NCBI GenBank assembly: GCA_963705505.1
Contig: CAVPJU010000006.1
Span: 448,001 to 512,000 of the forward strand
DNA length: 64,000 nt
DNA from: an uncultured bacterium
GTDB taxonomy: Bacteria > Desulfobacterota_D > UBA1144 > Nemesobacterales > UBA2774
Direction of reading: 5' to 3'
Shown here: one piece after another, positions 57,844-64,000 of the stretch
Numbering within the stretch: position 1 is the stretch's first letter
How the letters are laid out: each line of letters begins with the position of its first letter
Translations under genes and position numbers: made by a program
The notes under the pieces: generated by a model
Databases searched by the model: none
Seen by the model: only the letters and a program-made list of their open reading frames with translations
Told to the model about the DNA's origin: nothing

Positions 57844-60243
57844 TTACTGCAAGTTCACGGTCTCTTCACCGGTATAGGTTTTAACGCTTAAATCCAGACC
57901 GTCCGTACGGACCGTTACCGCTCCGTCTTTAGCGGTTTCAAAGAAGGTCATATTTGTTTTTAATATCTCAAGGGCGGGATCAATTTGTCGTGAGGAGGGG
58001 CCGAGTTCGTCAGTTACCAATACCTGAGGGGAGACTACGCGAAGGAATCCGGGAAAAGCGGCGTCCTTTTCGATATCCGTCATACTGAGGACATTACTCT
58101 TCAGTATTTCTCCATAAGCCCCGGTGAGCGCCGATTGCACCCCGGAGTCGTCGAGGTCTTCTCCCGTGAGAAAACTTTCGTCCTTATAACTAATCTTAAT
58201 GGCGAGCGGACGGGGCAGGGACGAATCCTTTATCACGAAATTCCCGCCCGGTTTCAATATTTCGAGCCTGCAGTCATCCTCCAATGAAACATCCACGATA
58301 TTCGTCAGGTCCTTCCATGCTATGCCGTCGTTCTTTATTATCTCCCAAAGCGCGCCCTCGAGCTTATCGCCGTTTGTGTAGATCGTTTTGACGTCGAAAT
58401 TCTCCAGCAGATATTTGGCTCCGCTCATGTGGTCTTTATCGGTCGAGGATAAAATCAGATAGTCGATTTTGCTTATTCCCGAATGGAGTAAAAATCTGCC
58501 GACTACGTTTCTTTCTATGTAGCCGTTCCTGTCGAGGTTCGAAAAGCCGCCGTCGATGAGAATGTTTTTGCCACTCGGCAGCTCGAAGAAAACTATGTTC
58601 CTGTTGTCTCCCGCGTCGAGGAAACTGACTATAAGCTCATGCCCGCCTGACTTTCTTATCACCGGGTACGCCGCGCTCGCTATAAATGCCAGTGCGAGCA
58701 GAGGGAGGAGGAACTTGAGCCTGCTGATCCTGCCCGTGAGTAAGACCGCTATGCCTAATGCTCCGAATAACGCCAGGCTCAGAACGCTCAGAGGGGGGAT
58801 TGTCAGCGACGAATAGGGAATTCGGAGTAACTTCTCTATTCCGAAAACCATCATGCGGATTAAAAATATATTGACCGAGATAACCGGCGACGCGATGTGC
58901 TCCGAGATCAGGAACGCAAGGAAAGAGAGGAGCCCCAGGGGGACGATCAGCAGCTCGACTAACGGCACGAATATCATGTTTGCGGGAATCGATACGACGG
59001 GCAGTATCCCGAATGAATTCAGTAATAAGGGCAGGGTTGAGAACGTGGCGGCGCAAGTGGTTTTTATCAGAGTCGCCGCCTTATCCCTGAGCGTGCCGAG
59101 CTTAAATGGAAAGAAAATATTGGCGAGCAGTATGCCGAGAACCGCCGCGAACGAAAGCTGGAACGAGAGCTCGAATAACGACCACGGGTGCCATAAGAGA
59201 ATTATGAACGCCGCGACGCCCAGGGTATTTATCTTGTTCTCATTCCTGCCGGCTATTATGGCCAGGAAGAAAACGGATATCATAATAAAAGCCCTGACCG
59301 CGGGCGTGCTGAAGCCCGCGACAACGGTATAGAAGAAAAGGGGAAGTATCGAGAGGGCAGCCGCAATTCTTACGACCTTGAAGCGGAGCATAAGGTACTC
59401 CGAGCGCTTGAGCAACCACTTGATGAGCAGAAAGAAAACCACGGCTACCGCACCCACGTGGAGCCCCGATACAGATAGGACGTGGGCTACGCCGGCCTTC
59501 GAGAATTCGGTCCTCACGTCCGGAGGTATGCCCCCTTCATCACCTATAGTAAGGGCGTTCAGTATCTCGTTTTCCGGCATGCGGAAATTCGTCCGCACAT
59601 AGTTTCCGTATCCGAGCCTCAGCCTGTCAAGCGCGTAGAATACAGGATTATATGAATCGTCCCGTCCGAACGAGATTATTTGTTTCTCTCCCTCTACGAA
59701 TCCTGCCGCGTAGATGCCCTGTCTCCCGTAATACTTTTTGACGTCAAAACCGCCCGGATTTCTGAAATTGCTTATCGGTCTCAGCTTTATGCCGATAAGG
59801 CGTATCCTGTCGCCGTAGGAGAGCGCCTGAGTATCGTCGGCTGTAGAAACCATGACTTTCCCTGAGACGGCGTTGAAAACACCGTCTTCAATTGCATACT
59901 CTGTTTTTAGAAAGAGTCTCGTCCCGTACCCGGTTTTTTCGGTGGACCTGTAAACCGTGCCTTCGAGGTCGATTTTTCTTCCGGCGAATGCCGATATATC
60001 CGTACCGGAAGATAAAAAAGGGCCGGCGCTGAAAAGAAGACCTATCGGAATGAATAAAAGGAATCTGAGGCGGGGAAAAAAGAGAGAGATTATTCCGGCG
60101 ACCGGGCTCGCGATTACGATTACCATCCACACGTTTTCTATGTATTCGTTTAGAAGGATTCCCACGGTTAAACCGAGGAGAGGGGGGAGTATTTTATACC
60201 TTGCCGGTAATTCCCGTAAGAAGCTCGTGAGCCGCGGTGTCAT
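57844..60243 (-). CDS. comEC: DNA uptake channel ComEC/Rec2
   Basis: RNPGGFD, GVAHVLSVSGLHVG, SFQLSFAAV, C-terminal metallo-beta-lactamase-like domain ending TAKDGAV. Confidence 0.93.
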   Translation of the reverse strand: MTPRLTSFLRELPARYKILPPLLGLTVGILLNEYIENVWMVIVIASPVAGIISLFFPRLRFLLFIPIGLLFSAGPFLSSGTDISAFAGRKIDLEGTVYRSTEKTGYGTRLFLKTEYAIEDGVFNAVSGKVMVSTADDTQALSYGDRIRLIGIKLRPISNFRNPGGFDVKKYYGRQGIYAAGFVEGEKQIISFGRDDSYNPVFYALDRLRLGYGNYVRTNFRMPENEILNALTIGDEGGIPPDVRTEFSKAGVAHVLSVSGLHVGAVAVVFFLLIKWLLKRSEYLMLRFKVVRIAAALSILPLFFYTVVAGFSTPAVRAFIMISVFFLAIIAGRNENKINTLGVAAFIILLWHPWSLFELSFQLSFAAVLGILLANIFFPFKLGTLRDKAATLIKTTCAATFSTLPLLLNSFGILPVVSIPANMIFVPLVELLIVPLGLLSFLAFLISEHIASPVISVNIFLIRMMVFGIEKLLRIPYSSLTIPPLSVLSLALFGALGIAVLLTGRISRLKFLLPLLALAFIASAAYPVIRKSGGHELIVSFLDAGDNRNIVFFELPSGKNILIDGGFSNLDRNGYIERNVVGRFLLHSGISKIDYLILSSTDKDHMSGAKYLLENFDVKTIYTNGDKLEGALWEIIKNDGIAWKDLTNIVDVSLEDDCRLEILKPGGNFVIKDSSLPRPLAIKISYKDESFLTGEDLDDSGVQSALTGAYGEILKSNVLSMTDIEKDAAFPGFLRVVSPQVLVTDELGPSSRQIDPALEILKTNMTFFETAKDGAVTVRTDGLDLSVKTYTGEETVNLQ

Positions 60244-60457
60244 TTCGTTTAGCAGAGTCCGGATACCGACTTTATTTGAATATTAATTATATGATGAAGA
60301 CGGGTATGTTCTCAAATGATTTTTGATTTAAATCGCTAATGAATTCTTTTCGCCGGAAGCCGTGATTTAGAGCGTAAATGCAGGGCTCTGAAAAAACGGC
60401 TGACTTAGAGATTCGGCTCTGAGTGCGCGGCGCGTGTTAAACAGAGCGTATGGGCGA

Positions 60458-60940
60458 TTAAGCCCGGGAGGATTTAACTAAAGCGACCGCGTAAGCCGCT
60501 ATGCCTTCACCCCTGCCCGTAAAGCCCATGCTGTCGGTGGTGGTTGCCTTGATGCCGAGCTCTTTTTCCGGGAGGCCCGTCGCTTGGGAGAGCTTCTTCT
60601 TTATTGCCGGGACGTGCGGAACGATCCTCGGCTTCTCGCATACGATAACGCTGTCGATGTTTTGAATTCCGTATCCTCTCTCCTTCAGGAGCTTGAGAAT
60701 ATCGCTCAAAAACACCAGGCTCGAAATGCCTTTATATTTTGGATCGGTGTCGGGGAAATGAGTGCCTATATCCCCCTCGCCCATCGCACCTAAAAGGGCG
60801 TCGCAGATCGCGTGAGTCAGCACGTCGGCGTCGGAGTGTCCCGTCAACCCGAGGTCAAACGGTATCTCGACACCGCCCAGTATCAGCTTCTTATCCGCCG
60901 TGAATTTGTGGGCGTCAAACCCGAACCCTACTCTGAACAT
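60458..60940 (-). CDS. ispF: 2-C-methyl-D-erythritol 2,4-cyclodiphosphate synthase
   Basis: RVGFGFDAH, GHSDADVLTHA, GDIGTHFPD, KATT, GRGEGIAA. Confidence 0.97.
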   Translation of the reverse strand: MFRVGFGFDAHKFTADKKLILGGVEIPFDLGLTGHSDADVLTHAICDALLGAMGEGDIGTHFPDTDPKYKGISSLVFLSDILKLLKERGYGIQNIDSVIVCEKPRIVPHVPAIKKKLSQATGLPEKELGIKATTTDSMGFTGRGEGIAAYAVALVKSSRA

Positions 60941-61014
60941 AATTTCGACCCGCAAGGGGATTAATCATAAATCAGTATAAATTTTTTGGAAGAGCATATT
61001 CGTTTTTATCCTGT

Positions 61015-61719
61015 TCACCGGACGCCCTCTTTTAAAATGAGCTCTCCCAGCCTGAGGTCCTCGGGTGTCGTTATCTTGATGTTGTAGGGGGAGCCTTTCA
61101 CGAGCTTTACCTTTACTCCCGTACGCTCGACGAGGAGGGACTCGTCCGTGCCTATAAACCCGTCCTCTGATGCCTTCAAGAACGCATCCCTCAATACTTC
61201 ATAGCTGAAGGCCTGGGGAGTTTGAGCAAACCAGAGGGAGTCCCGCGGAACGGTATTTTCTATGAACTGAGCAGGGGATGATTTCTTGATCGTGTCGTTT
61301 GACGGGAGAGCCGCAATCGCGCCCCCGCACGCTGAGGCCTCTTTAATGACTTCTTCAAGCAGTCCGAGCGATATAAACGGACGCACACCATCGTGAACGA
61401 CGACTATATCGGGCTTTTCGGACAGGGAGCTGAATCCGGCCCGGACCGAGTCCTGCCTTTCCGCGCCCCCCGGTATTACTTTCGTTGCCTTGGGTATGCC
61501 GAGCTTTTCCACTATATCGCTTTTTGCGTAATCCACCCAGCTACCGGGCACGACGACTATTATCTCGCCTATGAGGTCCGACTTCGAGACCGCCTCGACG
61601 GAGTGTGCTAGTACGGGTTTTCCCAGAAGGGGCAGGAACTGCTTCGGAATTCCCTCCGCCCCGAACCTTTTTCCCAAACCGGCTGCCGCAATGACCGCCG
61701 ATGCGCGAATTTCAGCCAT
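61015..61719 (-). CDS. ispD: 2-C-methyl-D-erythritol 4-phosphate cytidylyltransferase
   Basis: AAAGLGKRF, PKQF, GGAERQDSV, VHDGVRP, QTPQAF, NIKITTPEDL. Confidence 0.97.
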   Translation of the reverse strand: MAEIRASAVIAAAGLGKRFGAEGIPKQFLPLLGKPVLAHSVEAVSKSDLIGEIIVVVPGSWVDYAKSDIVEKLGIPKATKVIPGGAERQDSVRAGFSSLSEKPDIVVVHDGVRPFISLGLLEEVIKEASACGGAIAALPSNDTIKKSSPAQFIENTVPRDSLWFAQTPQAFSYEVLRDAFLKASEDGFIGTDESLLVERTGVKVKLVKGSPYNIKITTPEDLRLGELILKEGVR

Positions 61720-62725
61720 GAAGATCAGAAACCAGGCGTTTGCCGTCTTCGTCCTTGACCCTCGAGAATATCATTCTTCCCGTAGGGGTCTGGAGCACGC
61801 TCGTAACGGATACTTCGATCTCGTCTCCCAGATGCCTCTTGGCTTCATCGACGACCACCATCGTGCCGTCTTCTAAATACCCTACGCCCTGATTTTCTTC
61901 CTTCCCTTCCTTTACGACGTGGATCCACATGGTTTCGCCTGGAAGGACTACGGGTTTTAAGGCATTTGAAAGCTGGTTCAGGTTCATGACCTTCACGTTC
62001 TGGAGTCCGGCAACTTTATTGAGGTTAAAATCATTCGTGATAATAATTCCCTTGAGCCTCCTTGCGAGCTCTACGAGCTTCAGGTCAGCCTCTTTTATGT
62101 TGGGGAAATCATGGTTGGTGATTTTAACCGAGACGTTCGGTATGTCCTTCTGCATTCTTTTGAGGACGTCGAGCCCCCTCCGTCCCCGGACACGCTTGAT
62201 CGGTTCGGATGAATCGGCTATATGCTGAAGCTCCTTGATAATGAATTTGGGGATAATCATCGTCCCGGTGATAAAACCCGCCTCCGCGACGTCGGCTATC
62301 CTGCCGTCGATTATAACACTCGTATCGAGGATCTTCGTATCGCTCGCGGGTCTCGTTTGAACCCTTCTTACGGATTGCTCGGTTTCCCTTCCCTTCCTGT
62401 ATCCGATTGTGATTCCTATATGGAAAAGCATTAGGAAGAACGCCGCGGATATGTATGGTACTACTCCCGGAGGAAGCGCAAAGCCGGAAATTACATCCCT
62501 TACCGCAAAAAAGGAAAAAGAGGCGGCGGCGGCACCTATGGCAATACCGAGAAAGGATTTCGCGCTATAGTTTTTAATGTACCCTTCGAGTAAATGTACG
62601 ATACCTATAGTCAAAGCCCCTAAAAGGACACCTGCTGCGGACGATATAACTAAGTCATAATGCGAAAAGGCAATAAAGAAACCCGTTACAGCGCCGAGTA
62701 TAAAAAATAGAATCTTTAGTTTCAT
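61712..62725 (-). CDS. Membrane PIN/TRAM domain protein (YacL family)
   Basis: ILDTSVIIDGRI, RGRRGLD, TNDFNLNKVA, GVGYLEDGTMVVV; ATG 62725 with GAGGGAG RBS. Confidence 0.92.
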   Translation of the reverse strand: MKLKILFFILGAVTGFFIAFSHYDLVISSAAGVLLGALTIGIVHLLEGYIKNYSAKSFLGIAIGAAAASFSFFAVRDVISGFALPPGVVPYISAAFFLMLFHIGITIGYRKGRETEQSVRRVQTRPASDTKILDTSVIIDGRIADVAEAGFITGTMIIPKFIIKELQHIADSSEPIKRVRGRRGLDVLKRMQKDIPNVSVKITNHDFPNIKEADLKLVELARRLKGIIITNDFNLNKVAGLQNVKVMNLNQLSNALKPVVLPGETMWIHVVKEGKEENQGVGYLEDGTMVVVDEAKRHLGDEIEVSVTSVLQTPTGRMIFSRVKDEDGKRLVSDLHG

Positions 62726-62934
62726 TTCTCCCTCACCACAATCCCTACCCCCTTGCATGGATTCAGTCAAGACTAAGTATAAGTAATCGTTTAAGTTTTT
62801 ACAAGCTCGTGAAATATCGCTTCGATTAAGGCATGAAAAACTATGTATTTCCGTCTTAAATCCGGGCTCGGCTTCGATTACTTTCTTCGGAATCAGCAAG
62901 ATCGGCAGAGATTGTTATTTTTATTATTAAATTA

Positions 62935-63477
62935 TCAGGACTTACCGCTATTAACGGTGTCGATCACTTTAACAACTTCATCAACAACTCTTAAGTACTT
63001 GCTCCTTCCTGTGCCGGGGGATTTCGCCCTGCCGTCTATACCCACATCGGCAAGGATTTCCCCGGTAGTTTTATCGACCAATGTAACCCTGACCTGAACG
63101 GACATCTTCCCCTTGTCGTCGATACCCTGAAATATATATTCACAGTATTTACAGCCGCGTTTATAGCCGCTGACCATTCCATCGACGACCAGGACCCTTT
63201 CATTTGCCGGGCCCTCAAACTTGTCCGAACGGCTTATAACCTTGAACTTATTCTGCGTTCTCAGCGTCTCTGCCACCATATCGGCAATTTCCGTCCCGGA
63301 ATCGTAAGGCACCCATTCCAGGTCTGTTTTTCTAAAGTCCGGTATCAGGATAACTTCGTAATTCGAATACGCGGCCTCAGGCGCTTTGAAAACATTTACA
63401 TTGGTCGGGCCATTTGTACACCCGAATAATAAGAGGAAATTTAGGATTACGCATATATGTAAATATTTTGCTACCAT
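62935..63477 (-). CDS. Hypothetical lipoprotein (DUF4410-like)
   Basis: Lipobox LFGC; VRVTLVDKTTGEIL motif. Confidence 0.65.
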   Translation of the reverse strand: MVAKYLHICVILNFLLLFGCTNGPTNVNVFKAPEAAYSNYEVILIPDFRKTDLEWVPYDSGTEIADMVAETLRTQNKFKVISRSDKFEGPANERVLVVDGMVSGYKRGCKYCEYIFQGIDDKGKMSVQVRVTLVDKTTGEILADVGIDGRAKSPGTGRSKYLRVVDEVVKVIDTVNSGKS

Positions 63478-63669
63478 TACGTTCCTCCGATTTTCGTGGG
63501 TTATATTGTATACGATATTGCGATTTGTTAAAGTGCCGGTTTTTGTGACTGCTAAATCCGCTCTTCCCGGTTCAGACGTAGTTCCTTAATAGAATCCCCG
63601 ACATAAAATCGGATGCGCAATCAACATGCCGGTCGAGGGCTTCTATCTCAATAGCGCGGAGGGGTTATA

Positions 63670-64000
63670 ATGCAGAAAGCGGTTACTTTCGAGGCGGTGC
63701 TTGAAGGGCTCGATTATGATGAGCCGGATTCGGCGGAAGAAGCGGTTCGGGTCGATGACCCGGAGCACAATTACTTCGACAGCGATAGCGAGCCGGAAAG
63801 GGTGTCGCCCGGGGGCGGCTCCGGACAGGGGCCCCGTGACCTCAACCAGGAGCTGAGGCTCGTGAATGCGTACTTCAAGGAAGTCGGGACAGAGGCTTTA
63901 TTGACGCATAAAGAGGAAATTCAGATAGCCGCCAAAATGAAGGAATGCGGGGCGCAATCGCTTCGTATAAAGAAAGCAATTAGCCGGATACTCGGGAGAA
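63670..64000 (+). CDS. Sigma-70 family (RpoD/RpoS-like) sigma factor, N-terminal part (runs off window)
   Basis: GGAGGGG RBS; acidic N-terminus, then region 1.2 RLVNAYFKEVGTEALLTHKEEIQIA. Confidence 0.8.
   Translation, partial: MQKAVTFEAVLEGLDYDEPDSAEEAVRVDDPEHNYFDSDSEPERVSPGGGSGQGPRDLNQELRLVNAYFKEVGTEALLTHKEEIQIAAKMKECGAQSLRIKKAISRILGR

Noticed and set aside
62726..62899. N-terminal extension of the PIN/TRAM protein
   Set aside because: ATG 62725 has a good RBS and gives the expected length

Overview
Chromosomal window of a diderm bacterium; the gene content looks deltaproteobacteria-like, but that placement is inference only. It spans the replication origin: dnaA-oriC-dnaN, with DnaA boxes and a clear DnaA-trio unwinding element. 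Most of the window is housekeeping and envelope genes: phoB/phoR-like pair, pheA, gspL/M/N-like genes, comF, ferritin, RND pump, thiL, two CNNM proteins, ybeY, hisB/hisH, slt, queF, leuA, mlaF, comEC, ispD/ispF, tRNA-Gln(CTG) and tRNA-Ala(CGC). The main anomaly is comM (YifB), split just before its Walker A motif by a ~6.1 kb island (about 18009-24124). The island has no recombinase and carries only two overlapping, co-oriented large genes (1252 aa and ~651 aa) that I cannot assign to any family; this is the best candidate for an undescribed system. Other points of interest: (1) a stand-alone protein resembling the GAD insertion domain of archaeal GatE; (2) an inferred sigma-54 regulon with paired TGT-N10-ACA sites next to an NtrC-type two-component system; (3) a ~230 bp duplicated regulatory region flanking a truncated, frameshifted Pro/Thr-linker gene; (4) a ComEC with degenerate metal-binding motifs; (5) a DnaA with a long N-terminal extension. 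All calls come from reading motifs by eye; no database searches were run.
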